From positions 480,001 to 544,000 of the forward strand of contig CAXXYH010000004.1 of assembly GCA_963677925.2 (NCBI GenBank): a stretch of 64,000 nucleotides of DNA. The letters are read 5' to 3'. The notes under the pieces are model-generated. The model saw only the letters and a program-made list of their open reading frames with translations. It did no database searches and was not told the DNA's origin. This document shows, piece by piece, positions 18,945-31,200 of this stretch (position 1 is the stretch's first letter; each line of letters opens with the position of its first letter). Source of the DNA: Spirochaetia bacterium. GTDB taxonomy: Bacteria; Spirochaetota; Spirochaetia; UBA9216. The translations under genes were made by a program, and so were the position numbers.

Positions 18945-21116
18945 TTACGGGAAAAACTCTTCTGACAATCTTAATATTTCATCCTCCGGTGACAGCTGCG
19001 AATCGCCGGAAGCCTCTTCAACAAGGTAGGGAACAAGATAAACAACAAATTCGGTATTTTCTTCAGTATTACTGATTTTTCTGAACAGAAAACCAATCAG
19101 TGGAATATCACCGAGAATTGGAACCTTGGATACTGATTCGGTCACTTCCTTCTGCATCAGTCCGCCGATCACTATGGGTTTTCCTGATGGAGTCCGAAGG
19201 TGGGTATTAATTATTCTTTCTGTTGTAGGAGGCAGCTCGTCTTCACTACTTTCACTGTCACTTTCCTTGGAAATAGTCGATTCGACCTCCATTGTGATCA
19301 TGTTGTCTCCAGAAACCCAGCCGGTTATCTCCATGAACAGACCTGTTGAAATCTCGCTTGTAACGCCGGTATAGGTGATATCACCATTTTCATCGACTTC
19401 AGGTTCACGGTAGCGATATGTTGAACTGTTCTGGAAACTTACTGTTTGCCCCGAAAGCCCATGCAATGTAGTATCGGCCATTACCTCAGCTGTGCTGTTG
19501 CTTAAGGCGGTATTCAGCTCGATTGCAAACAGGTATCCGAATGTGGAGAGAATATCGAAATCAAGCGAGAGTAGATTTCCTATGGTTCCAAGGAAAGATG
19601 ATTCGCTATTGTCATCAGATGCTGAGTTTGATACGCTGATGTCGAAATCGAGTCCTTTGCTTTTCTGATACTGGATTATCATAAGCTTGTATCTAAGCTG
19701 TGGGGCTGGTACGTCGATTTCGGCAACAAGTTTTTTAAGATATTCAAGCCTCGAAATACTGCCAATAAAGTAAACGGATGATAGGCTACCTGTATCTTTA
19801 AAATCGTCTGATGTAAACGGCGGCGGTGGATTCCCCAGAAAATCCTCGGCTTTAAGGTATTTGAATGTCAGTACGTGTGATTCCCTTGGGACATCCATTG
19901 CAGCAAGCAGGCTTTCAACTTCGGTTTGCTGTTCGGCAGAGTAAAATCCCAGAAACGAATGTGCGTCTTTCAATACTATGGGTTGAGGAGCCTTAAGCCT
20001 CTGCGGGAATGCTTCAATCGCAGTCGACGGCTCAATGAAATCGAGTGTGAATGTGTAGTATTTTTTATCAGTCTGGGGTCTGTCTATGGCCTTCAGATAA
20101 TCTTTAAGCGGTCTGAGTTCTTCAAGACTTCCGCTTAAAATCAGCGAATTCCTGTCCTTATCAATTTTATAAAAACTGCTGGAACTTAAAAGGTTAGGCA
20201 GAAGAGACGGAACATCTTCGGCGGATATATAGTAGAGGGTATAGTATTCAGAAAGCTTGTACTGTTTCAGGATGTCCTGCCGGTTGATGTCGAAAAGGTA
20301 ATATATGCCGTTGTTTACGGTATAATCACCGCTGGTCTGGACAAGAAGAAGACGAAGAAGTTCGTCAAAACTTTTATCTGTGTATGCAATGTCTTTCAAT
20401 GAGGCCGAAGATTTAAAAAGCAGAACGTATTCCTTGTCAGCCTTCTTGAATAGTTCGTCGATGACCGAAAGCAGATCTCCGCGTTCGATATTAAGGTTGT
20501 AGTTGTTTTCACCGGCAATTTTTATGGAGTCCTTTTCAGCTTTTCCTGTTCCAGTGTTCTGTGGTGTTAGTTCTCGTTTTATATAATAGTAATCATTATC
20601 AATAAATAGGGAATATTCAGGAAATCTGGCTGTAATCATTGACAGAAAGTTTTCCGGGGTTATTCCCATACTATTGAGGGTTAACCTGTCAGAGGGTAGG
20701 GGATCGAAGAGAATGGTCTTTCCGATAACCTTGGATGTTTCTTGCAGAATATTGAAAAGACCGGCATCATTGGTTTTTATTGAAAAGAGTCCGTTTTCGG
20801 GATTTAAAAAGGCATCGATTCTCGATATTGAATAGATCCGCTCACCCGTTTTTTTGTAGAAAAACCCATATTTTTTACTGAGACTGTCCATAGCTTCTTC
20901 AAATGTAGTATTTGAAAAACGGTAAGTGACTGTTCCAGTTACTGTTTCATCTGGAAGTATTGAATTTCCGGTTGCAGAACCAAGTGCTATTAGCACATCT
21001 GAGAGAGGTTTGTTTCTGAATTCAATATCATTAATCGGCTGTTGCGCTGAAACTGAAAAAATCAAAAAAAAGAAAAAAAATACTAATAAAATGCTGATAA
21101 GCCGGGATTTTTGCAT
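18945..21116 (-). CDS. gspD: T2SS secretin GspD
   Basis: Signal peptide, STN/N-domains, C-terminal secretin signature GKPIVIGGL...SKVPILGDIPLIGFLF...EFVVYLVP. Confidence 0.92.
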   Translation of the reverse strand: MQKSRLISILLVFFFFFLIFSVSAQQPINDIEFRNKPLSDVLIALGSATGNSILPDETVTGTVTYRFSNTTFEEAMDSLSKKYGFFYKKTGERIYSISRIDAFLNPENGLFSIKTNDAGLFNILQETSKVIGKTILFDPLPSDRLTLNSMGITPENFLSMITARFPEYSLFIDNDYYYIKRELTPQNTGTGKAEKDSIKIAGENNYNLNIERGDLLSVIDELFKKADKEYVLLFKSSASLKDIAYTDKSFDELLRLLLVQTSGDYTVNNGIYYLFDINRQDILKQYKLSEYYTLYYISAEDVPSLLPNLLSSSSFYKIDKDRNSLILSGSLEELRPLKDYLKAIDRPQTDKKYYTFTLDFIEPSTAIEAFPQRLKAPQPIVLKDAHSFLGFYSAEQQTEVESLLAAMDVPRESHVLTFKYLKAEDFLGNPPPPFTSDDFKDTGSLSSVYFIGSISRLEYLKKLVAEIDVPAPQLRYKLMIIQYQKSKGLDFDISVSNSASDDNSESSFLGTIGNLLSLDFDILSTFGYLFAIELNTALSNSTAEVMADTTLHGLSGQTVSFQNSSTYRYREPEVDENGDITYTGVTSEISTGLFMEITGWVSGDNMITMEVESTISKESDSESSEDELPPTTERIINTHLRTPSGKPIVIGGLMQKEVTESVSKVPILGDIPLIGFLFRKISNTEENTEFVVYLVPYLVEEASGDSQLSPEDEILRLSEEFFP

Positions 21117-21331
21117 TTATAGATTTACCTTGTTAAATTAGTCTACAAATTATTTTATAGGTAGTCTCTTTGTCTGTCAATTTCTATGGAAATAAAAGGA
21201 ATTATTAAAATATTCAAAATCAAGATTTTTGAGAAAATTATTGATCGAAGGTAAAACATGTGCTAATGTTCTGAGCAAATTCATTAATAATAAAGTTAAT
21301 TTAAAATAGAAAGGAAAAAAATGACATCTTC

Positions 21332-21760
21332 TTATCTACCATTTAGTAGAAAGAGTATAATCGCACCAATAGTCATAAAAGGTGCAAAAGGTATTTTTAA
21401 TTTTTTAATCTCAAAATTTAATACTACTTTTAGAGTTATCAGATACAAAATCGCGATTATACTTGCTGAAGTAATTGCAAATAACCAATTCCAGATTCCT
21501 AATAACACTGAGACAGATGCGGAAAGTATGGCATCTCCAAGACCCATTCCTCCTTTTGTAAGCAATCGAATAAAGAATAAGAATAAGAAACCTACAAAAA
21601 TACGAATTAAAATTTGTAACAAATTTGAATTGTTAATCCAAGAATTAATACTCACAAGTATAAGTATTGCACAGTTTAGGGCAATTGGGATTTTGAGTGA
21701 TTTAAGATCGAAAATTGCAACGATAATTAGGAGTAATATTACTATTGTCGATAATGTCAT
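21332..21760 (-). CDS. gspO: Prepilin peptidase, family A24 (short form without N-terminal methyltransferase domain)
   Basis: AIFDLKSLKIP and GGMGLGDA catalytic aspartates; KIPFAPFM. Confidence 0.88.
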   Translation of the reverse strand: MTLSTIVILLLIIVAIFDLKSLKIPIALNCAILILVSINSWINNSNLLQILIRIFVGFLFLFFIRLLTKGGMGLGDAILSASVSVLLGIWNWLFAITSASIIAILYLITLKVVLNFEIKKLKIPFAPFMTIGAIILFLLNGR

Positions 21761-21862
21761 AATTTAATTTCCAAATATGTGGAATATATTGAATTATTTA
21801 AAATTATTAAAGTCTTGTTTTAAATGTTTATAAAATTATTGATTTTAAAAATGGAGATTTAA

Positions 21863-24800
21863 ATGAAGAAAATTATATTACTATTTATTTTTGTACTATC
21901 AACTATATCAGGAATCTATGCCGGTATATTTTATGAAACTCGTAATTATGATTTCACAATTTCTCATAGTAAAAATTCATGTATTTCAGGTACTTCCAAC
22001 TCACCAACTAATGCATGGGTACGATTAACTCTCTCTTCAACTGCAGTAGAAGTAGATGGATATGATGTAGGAACAGCTTTTACAATAACTGTTGATGGAA
22101 AGTCAACTCTAGAATCCATAAATTGGGAGGGTGGTAGTAAAATAATTGATATAATTATTCCAAAAGGGAAATATGTTAACATAAAAGCTAAAACAACTTA
22201 CTTCAGTAATCAGTATTTGACTTTACGTCCAACTGCTAATGTGACAGCAGCTTTTAAAAAAGAATTAGTAGATGACAATAGACCCAAAGATGGTGCAGAA
22301 ATACAAATCCCTGGCGGTTCTATTTATAATAAAACTGATTTTTATATATCTGCTGAGGCTGTAGATATAGGAACATCCTTATACTATTACTTCCCATACA
22401 AGTCTTCTGGATTCGAGGAAAAATCTGGAATAGGAAAATATATTTTTAATGTAGAAAAATATATTAGTGATACTCAATCTATTATGATATTGGAAAATAT
22501 TGAGGAGGTTATGAAGAAGGTAGATCACCTATCTATACTAAATGATGATTTAATAGGAAGTGGGAAATATAAAATAAGTGGAGTTGTCTACGATGCTTAT
22601 GGGAATGGACCAACACCTTTGAATTCTAAGACTGTACTCATTGACGCGGATGCCCCCTCTGCTCCTGAATTGATTTCCGTAAGCTATGATGGCGGTACAG
22701 ATTCTGAGGATGTCGTTCTTTCAGACCTAGGTAGCGAAAAGAATATTGGTTTCTATAGATCTCCTTTATATTTAAGTGCTTCTATTCCAACAGATAATCC
22801 TAATGACGCAGATTGTAGAAGTGGGATTGATTCTTATTCACAAACAATGAGAATAAATGAGACAGAATATGAAAAAGTATCAGTAGTGAATTTTTCTACA
22901 GCAGAAGAAGGTGGAAAATATGATGCAAGTGCCTATTATTTTGATAATGTAGGAAATAAAGGTGAGGAAGCTACTTTTAGTTTCTACATTGATAATAAAT
23001 CCCCTGATTCTCCAGAATTTCAAACTACTCCCAATTGTATTCCTGGTCCAAATGATAAAAGCTTAATCTTTGTCCCTGTAGATAATCAGGGATATTTAGC
23101 ATGGGAACCTTCTGTGGATGGTACTGAGGAATGGCAAAGTGGAACGGATGAATACTCTTATAAACTTGAAATGATTGATTCATCAGGTGACCCTGCTTTT
23201 TCTGCATTCATAGTGGAAGATTCAGCAGAGGAAAGTAAGATTGGGATTAATTCAGATGGATTATATCAGACTATACCAGATGAGCTTTCTATGGGCTCTT
23301 ATACACTGACTCTTAACGTCTCAGATAAAGTTGGGAATCAAATTGATATAAACACTAATAAATTTACTGTAAATGTTTCTTATGCTCCTAAACCAGTTGA
23401 TATTAATACAATAAATCTTGTTGATCAGGGAGATGGAGAATTTTCTCTTGAGTGGAATTATGACGACAATGATGGAGCTGAAGGTTATTATTTTGATGTA
23501 AAGGTCTATAAAACAAGTTCTCCAAAGGATTCTTATGAAATCTGGAATTATGATGATGATACAACTCCTATTACATGGGGTGAAGGAATAACTTACAGTT
23601 GTTCCTTACCTGTAGATGAGCTTCGAACCAAGGTTAATTATACAGCACGTGTATATGTCATGAACGCTGATGGTTTTCCAATGTATACAGATTTAGTCTT
23701 TAACCTTCCAAATAAACCAGCCCAGCTAACTTCAGATATGTTTGAAATACCAGAGAATATGCAAATGTTCGGCAAAGGTTTTCCCGATTTTCAACTTAAC
23801 AGTATTGATGAGACTGTTCTGCAAGATGATGAAGGGGATTTATTAGGTTTAAAATTGTTCTATAAAAACCAAGTCTCAAGTATTTTCAAAGAAATAAATG
23901 CCGGTGTTTTAGGGGATAGCCCAGTACTAGAAATTAATGCTGATACGGATGGAACCCCCGAATTAAGTACTGGTGTATATGACTATTATATAAATGTGGT
24001 TGAATACTATGAAGATTGGGATGGGGAGCTAAAATCCTGGAATGAATTTGAAAGATGGCCGATAGCTGTTAATAATTCATTTGTCGTGGATGGAAATGCT
24101 CCGAAAGGAACTCTTCTTGCGATGAGTAAGACAGATAACTATCTAACAATAAAGGCTACATCACTTAGTGATGGAAGTGGAGATACAGTCTCAGGTGTGT
24201 CTGAAATTGTTTTGTGGAATGATGGAACGGGATATACAGGTGAAATAGTTGATTATAATTCTACTACTTTCGCTACTAACGTTGCTTCAGGTAAAGGGAT
24301 AAGAGTTGCTATAGCCGATGGAGATGAAATTACAATTGAAGGCTGGCCGTTTGAAACAGAAGATGGTCGAGTAACAGCCAGTATGGTTGTAATAGATGAT
24401 GTTGGTAATGAATCTGAAACGGTAAAGATTATTGAAGAAGGCACTAATCAAGCTCCAAGCATTGATGTTTATGTATCTGAAAAGACATTACGAGTTGGCG
24501 AAGTATGGGAATGCCCGGATAGTCCAGCTTTTTATGATGCTATCGATGGTGAAGGAGATGATCTCTCTTGGTATTGGGATTTCGGAGATGGGACAAGTAG
24601 TGAGGAAGAATATCCAATAAAGACATATACAGAAAGAGGGGAATATACTGTAGTCCTTACAGTTAGTGACTGGTGGGAGCAAAGTGATTCTGCCGAGTTC
24701 ACTTTTTATGCTGAAAATACAACTGAAGGTACACTTTTAATAAGCGAGAACTGGAGTGGCGAGCACACGCTAACCGGGGAGGTAGTAATTCCGACCGGGT

Positions 24801-25285
24801 TAAGTTTGACTATTACTGAAGGTACGACAGTCATAACACCTCAGAATACCGGGATTGTAGTATCTGCTGGTGCAAGCCTAACTATTAGCGGAAGTGCAGA
24901 TAATAAAGTGAATATTGGTCCAGTACTGACAGTTGAGCCATATCCCTTTTGGAATGGTTTAGTTATAAATGGAATGTCGAATATTACCTTTACAAACTTG
25001 AAAAATGGAGTAAGAGCTATCGCCGCAGGTCCTGGTTCTACAGTTACTCTAGATGATTGTAATTTCATTGACAACAAAATCGGTCTGCACATTGTCGGGA
25101 CGTCAGTAATCCTGTCAGGAGAAAATAGTTTTATCGGTAATTTATGGTATGGCATCAAGGAAGATTCAGTTATAGAACATCCGGATCTTAGTGGATGTCT
25201 ATTTAATGATAATAAAAATGATTACTACCATCAAGACTTACTGATCCTAAATGGTGATGATCTTATTGAATATATTGGAAATTAA
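21863..25285 (+). CDS. Large secreted acidic protein with Ig/Fn3-like repeats, PKD domain and C-terminal right-handed beta-helix
   Basis: Sec signal MKKIILLFIFVLSTISGIYA; repeated D.(V/Y)GN..., IDxxAP Ig motifs; PKD WYWDFGDG...GEYTVVLTVSD; ENWSGEHTLTGEVVIPTGLSLTI beta-helix. Confidence 0.8.
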   Translation: MKKIILLFIFVLSTISGIYAGIFYETRNYDFTISHSKNSCISGTSNSPTNAWVRLTLSSTAVEVDGYDVGTAFTITVDGKSTLESINWEGGSKIIDIIIPKGKYVNIKAKTTYFSNQYLTLRPTANVTAAFKKELVDDNRPKDGAEIQIPGGSIYNKTDFYISAEAVDIGTSLYYYFPYKSSGFEEKSGIGKYIFNVEKYISDTQSIMILENIEEVMKKVDHLSILNDDLIGSGKYKISGVVYDAYGNGPTPLNSKTVLIDADAPSAPELISVSYDGGTDSEDVVLSDLGSEKNIGFYRSPLYLSASIPTDNPNDADCRSGIDSYSQTMRINETEYEKVSVVNFSTAEEGGKYDASAYYFDNVGNKGEEATFSFYIDNKSPDSPEFQTTPNCIPGPNDKSLIFVPVDNQGYLAWEPSVDGTEEWQSGTDEYSYKLEMIDSSGDPAFSAFIVEDSAEESKIGINSDGLYQTIPDELSMGSYTLTLNVSDKVGNQIDINTNKFTVNVSYAPKPVDINTINLVDQGDGEFSLEWNYDDNDGAEGYYFDVKVYKTSSPKDSYEIWNYDDDTTPITWGEGITYSCSLPVDELRTKVNYTARVYVMNADGFPMYTDLVFNLPNKPAQLTSDMFEIPENMQMFGKGFPDFQLNSIDETVLQDDEGDLLGLKLFYKNQVSSIFKEINAGVLGDSPVLEINADTDGTPELSTGVYDYYINVVEYYEDWDGELKSWNEFERWPIAVNNSFVVDGNAPKGTLLAMSKTDNYLTIKATSLSDGSGDTVSGVSEIVLWNDGTGYTGEIVDYNSTTFATNVASGKGIRVAIADGDEITIEGWPFETEDGRVTASMVVIDDVGNESETVKIIEEGTNQAPSIDVYVSEKTLRVGEVWECPDSPAFYDAIDGEGDDLSWYWDFGDGTSSEEEYPIKTYTERGEYTVVLTVSDWWEQSDSAEFTFYAENTTEGTLLISENWSGEHTLTGEVVIPTGLSLTITEGTTVITPQNTGIVVSAGASLTISGSADNKVNIGPVLTVEPYPFWNGLVINGMSNITFTNLKNGVRAIAAGPGSTVTLDDCNFIDNKIGLHIVGTSVILSGENSFIGNLWYGIKEDSVIEHPDLSGCLFNDNKNDYYHQDLLILNGDDLIEYIGN

Positions 25286-25290
25286 AAAAG

Positions 25291-28200
25291 GTGAGAGTAA
25301 AAATGAAAATGACAAGAAAAATATCAATTATTATAGTTTTATTATTTATATCACTGTTTAATGTCCATGCTTCGGCAGGAAATCTTGAGTTGAGTATAAT
25401 TGGATCCTCCAATAATACTGATGTGTTGAATCCTGCTGAATATGCAGCAGATGATAATATACTGACTTATTGGGCGCTTGACCCTGAAGAAACTGATGGC
25501 TGGTTTGAAGTCAGCCTGGATGAATTATCATGTATTTATGCAATAGAGCTTTCCGGAACACTTGATACCGAAAATGTTATCAACTTTGAATACGATTCAG
25601 ATGGAATCTGGAAAAGTTTTATCAATACTGAACTTACTTCTATTGGCTCAAGTGGCGAATATATTGATCTATCTGGTTATAAAATAGTAACCGATAAAAT
25701 CAGGGTTTATCTGCAAGGTGAAGATACGAGTTATAGTTTCATTGAAGAGTTTAGTATTTTTGGTGAAAGTTATTCTGACACATATCATAAATTGGGGATT
25801 AGTAATGTTAGCGGAGAGGAAAACATTTTTTACCCGTTATCAAATCTTACGGATGAGAATACAAAAACTTACTGGGAGACTGAAAGTATAGGTACCTGGA
25901 TAGTAAGTATACTTCAGGGGGCTAAAAACTGGATAACTGACTGTTTTGAGACTGGTAACTTTAATTTTAGAAAAAGAAGCAATTTATGGGAAGATGAAAA
26001 CGGGGCAGTTATAAGTTTAGCGGAAACTTCGACAATCTATCGAATAAAAGCTTATCTTTCGCAAGATTATTCAGGAAAGATAATACTCAATAAATTGGAT
26101 GATGATGAGTGGACTGAAATTTCAGTAATAGAAGAAGGAACTGAACCGGGCTGGTATATTATTGATTTACCCGATGGGCTTAATACTGATTCTATTCAAA
26201 TAATATCTGAGGATACGGACTGGTGGTCATTGCTCTTGGGTCTCGATACCGCAGAAATTACAGGACTTTGTGAAATAGAGTTCTGGGGAAAATCAGATTT
26301 ACCTTCGAGTAAAGAGCTAACGTTTTATACTGAAGATACTAACATAGTTGAAGGATTAAACAGTGTTTTTTCTACCTCTGAATCAGAAAAGTATGAAGTG
26401 GAACTTGTTGTTGATGCAGACGCAGGTGATTTTACATGTATCGAACTAAATGGTACTCAAGTACAAATCCCTTTTATTCAGGAAATCGAGGGAGCTTTTT
26501 ATTATCAGAGCATAATTGATAACGATTTACTCTGGAACGGAGACAACTTCTTAAGATTAGAATCCTCTGATTATCACCTACTAAGTGGTTCGATAGTTGG
26601 TCTTTCTAAAGATGGAAGCCTTTCTTTCAGCGATGGCATAAAAGATTATTTTACAGCAGATTCAACCGGATATAATGAGATAGAATTTGATTCAGAAATT
26701 TCACTTGAAGAAGTCCTATTGACAACTAATGATGTTTCCAATGAAAGAGTTTATTACAGATCAGAAAATCAATGGTTTGAATTGGCCTGGAGTGGAGTAA
26801 CTGAGCATTCAGAAATATATTCAATTTTTCTTTCAGAATCAGGAAATAATACTAATCTGGTGGCTGATTGTATACGAATTGAAGGCTTGACATCAGGAGC
26901 GCAATACGGGGTTACTGTTAAAGGCAGTAGAATATCAGATAGTGCACCGCAGATTCAGATGTACTGGCCAAAAAATGGTGAAGTTATTGAACAAAGCGGA
27001 CTGGGTACAATGTTCGCGGTAGGTTATGTTGATGATGAGAATGCTGTTATCACTGTTAATGATGAAGAGGCACAGAATATCGGTAACCTTTTCTGGATTT
27101 CAAATATGCCTGGTGATGTTATCACAGATGGAGAATATGCACTTCATATAGCTGCAACAGATTCAGAGGGAAGGACAACTGAGAAAACAATATACTGGTC
27201 TAATATTGACAGTAATGTCTACAATTGTGATCTCGGTGAAGATATTATTTATACTCTTGATGACAGTATCACAGTAGAAGGGGGTACAAATCCTTCTGCG
27301 ACTGTTTATATAAATGATGAAATAGTTGACGGCAGTAGCCAGCGATATTCCAAAGATATTGAACTTGCTCCGGGACTTAATATTATTACGATTAAATTTG
27401 TTCATCGGACACAGGGGGTATTCGCACTTCTTCAAAGACGTATTTTTCTTGTCACAACAGAACCCGTTCTTGAAATTAGCCAGCCTAACGATATTGATTA
27501 TACCTCAGCACAGCAAATTGATGTGTCAGGAACTTTGTCAGTATCTGGAGCCTACGAAATTGAATGCGAAGGTTATGAAGTGCAAGACGATGGAACTTTG
27601 TTTACTGTTCCTTCAGTGACTCTTGTAAGTGGAGCCTACAATGATATTAAAGTAACTTTAACCGATCAGTTTGGAAGAACATCAACCGATAGCGTCTCTG
27701 TTTTCTGCGATATAAATGCTCCGGTGTTAACAGGTATAACACCAGAAAGCGGGTCAATATTATCTGAGAGTGTAAATACTTTTGTAATCACAACCTCAGA
27801 TGAAAGTGAGCTTTCAGTTTTTATGGATGGACTGGTAGTCCCTGGAGGAAGCGGAATATTTGAAAAGACTATTTCGCTTTTAGATGGGTTTTATTCTCTT
27901 TCTCTGGTTTTAAAAGATAAGGCTGGAAATACTACACAGGTTTATCTTGATTACACAGTGGATACTGTACCTCCGGTTGATTTTACAGTCGATGTAACCC
28001 CTGCAGGTTGGACCTCTGATAATCAGCCTATAATCAGTTTTGAAACAACAGATGCCACTTCCGGTGTTGATTGTTATGAGTTGTCAATTGATGAAGGCAG
28101 TTTCTATGTAATTGAAAGTCCATACCAGCTGCCAGTTCAGAGTGAAGGTGAGCATACAATTGCTGTGAGAGCTGTAGATAACGCAGGACATATGACATAT

Positions 28201-31200
28201 TCATATGCAGAAACAAAAACAGATACAATTCCGCCTGATATTTTGACAGATATTGAGATTGTCCCAGGCAATGGTCAACTTGTCTTAAAATGGGAAGATG
28301 GAAATGATGATGTAATTGCATATGAAATCGTGCGTACTCCTGCCTGGGATTTAGATGAACAAATCAGAGTTGATCGAGCAGATGAGATACAGGAGTATCT
28401 TGATACAGAAGTTATAGACGGGAATACATATTCATATATTATCAGATCTGTAGATAGAGCGGAGAATAAAGGTGTATTTTCAACTGCAAATAGCGTGATA
28501 CCTGGTATTGAGACTGAATTATTAATTGAAGATGGTATTACAAAGGTAGAGTATGAGACGGCTACTTTATATTTAAAGAAGGAAGGATTACCAGGGGATG
28601 CTGTTAGTGTAAGAATTGCTGAAGCAGATCCAGAGTGGCAAACTGAAGCTGATGAAGATTTTGAACATGATTTTGTTGGTGCAGTATATAATTTTTCACT
28701 TCTTGACAGTAATGGAGAAGATGTTTCATCCGGAGATGTTTTTTCTCAACCATACATTGGAATAATTGACTATAATCCCGAATTACTTCCAGAAGGCTTT
28801 AATGAACAAAACTTAAGTGTATATACTTTTGATGGACGATGGGGTCGCTGGGAACGCATTGAGGATTGCTCAGTAGTTCCTGAGAATAATCAGATTGTAT
28901 TTACTTCAATGCATTTTTCAATGTATGCACCAGTAGCAACTTCAGTTCAGGATCTATCACCTGAGGAAATTGCTGATGCAGGATATTCTCCATTTGGCAC
29001 TTATGTTAACCATGAAGGGTTTACTGTAAGTCCACAAGGAGGAAATGCTCACACAAGTATGACCGAACTTGTGCTAACCGGGCCAAGTGGTTTTGATTTT
29101 GAATTAAAACGATATTATGATTTGACCGTTGCCAAAATGGATACCAGAGCAGATATTCCTTCATGGGCAATAAAATATTTAGAAAACCAGGGTGATTATG
29201 CATACTCTATGGGTAAAGGTTGGAGGTTGAACCTTCCGTATATTAAAAATGCATCTTCACAACAGTATCTTGTGATGCCGGATGGAAGTATGTATGGATT
29301 TGAATCCCTTGAATTAGAAGATTCATCAATAATCTCTACTAATAGAACACTTTATCTTGAAGGTCATACCGGAGAACATTTTAGTTTGATGGTTAAGCAA
29401 TCAAAAAAGGAAGAAGAAGTATATTTTATTGGAGCAGAAGGTGTTGTTGAACATACATGGACTTCGCTTTATTACATCCTGACTTTAAATGATGGTACAA
29501 GATATGTAATGGATTCAAAAGGAAGAACAAAGAAGATATTGAGCCCTGAAAGTATTGAACAAACAGGCTTTCTGGGATTCCTAAATCTTAGTTCTGGATT
29601 TGAAGTTAATATAAGTTATGTAGACGATGGATATGAAATTTCACAGATTGAAGATTCAATTGGCAGGAAGATCAATTTTGAATACGCTGGGATAAGTGAT
29701 TCACTCGCAGTCCCATATATCACAAAAATTAGTTTAGATTCAAATGATCCTTATGGAAGAAGTATTAGTTATACCCAAAATGATGGTTATTTAACTTCAT
29801 GTACAGATGTAGGTGGAAGAACTTGGACATACAGCTATGATAATGCGTATTATCTCGGAGGTGCATCAAATCCGATACCTTTTAATCTTACCGATGCTCT
29901 TGATGATTATTCAGATGATTCGGAACTTAATGATTTAATCGATAAATTATCAGAACCAACTTCAAATTATACTTATAAACCACTATATGCTATAGAAGGC
30001 TCTGGTAAAGGACGTATTGAAGTAACTTATGACACAGATAGTCAAAGTTTGGATGGTGAAGATTATTTAAAGGTAGTTACAAGACAAGTTGCTGTATTCA
30101 ACGATCATGCAGCGGGAAGTGATGAAAGCGTCCGAGCAACTTGGTATGATTACAATTTTACTTACAATGATGATATTGAAGGGTATTATCTTTCTAAAAC
30201 TATAGTAAATGAATTAAATGATAACAGGTACACAGTTTATAATTATGAATACAGAAAACTTGTAGAAACATATTGGAATGAAACAGATGACGGAGAGATT
30301 GATGAAGTAACTGTTTATGCATCAGAGGATGCAGGAAATAGAATAAGTAGTACTATATTTTATGAGAAGATAAATAATGACATAGACAACCTTAGTCTTT
30401 TGAAAGATAAAAGCATAGAATATCTTGCAGACACTGATATTAATCCTTCTGCTGAAACTATAAAGCATGGTAGTGGCAGTGATTACCTAACTATGAGCTA
30501 TAGCTATGATGGATGGGGTAACAAGGAAACAGTCACAGAAGAAAATCACTCTAGTGGAAGAATACGGAAAAATATTACATATAGAACATTCTCAAGTGGA
30601 AATCAGGTGGTTGGGGCTTCTTTTAAAGACTATTCAAATAGCGGTTTAACTAATGGTAGTATCCCAGCGAGAATAAAGAGTCTTATTATCAAAGAGGAAA
30701 TTGACAATTATTCACCGAGTATTGTCTCAAATGGAACGGCTTCGAATGATGTTGGAACAGCAAAGAAGGAATATATATATTACTCTTATAACGACGATGG
30801 AAGGATAACTGGCAAAGCGATCTGGGATTCTTCAAATAATAAGTGGCAAAAAACTGACTATGTTTGGAATTCTGTTGGTGATATGACTCAGGTAACTAAT
30901 CCTGATGGGCATATAATCGCATATACTTATGATGATGACCATTATCTGTCTGGTAAAACAGAGAAAGCAATTAAGGATGTAGATGGAAATTCATCTGATC
31001 TTATTTGGCTATATGATTATGATTGGACGGGATGGAAAGTTAGTGAAACTGACCCAAAGAATCAAGTAATCACACTGACATATGACAAACTTGGAAGAAT
31101 TACTAGTAAGAGTGAACCAGGTGATGCAGGTGGGATCTATAAAACCTCTGTAAGTTATAATGATAGTCTCGGAAGTTTAAGTTCTGTTATGACTGACACA

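Noticed and set aside
12499-20138. Many short plus-strand ORFs inside the gsp cluster (and similar ones inside the Rhs, MCP, RND and Msr genes)
   Set aside because: Antisense or out-of-frame shadows of well-supported genes; no motifs
11641-21760. Type IV pilus or competence machinery
   Set aside because: The major pilin has clear GspG signatures, a GspK-like pilin is present, and no PilT, PilM or ComEC is seen; T2SS fits better
21321-21767. 148-aa plus-strand ORF
   Set aside because: Antisense shadow of the prepilin peptidase, which carries the recognisable motifs
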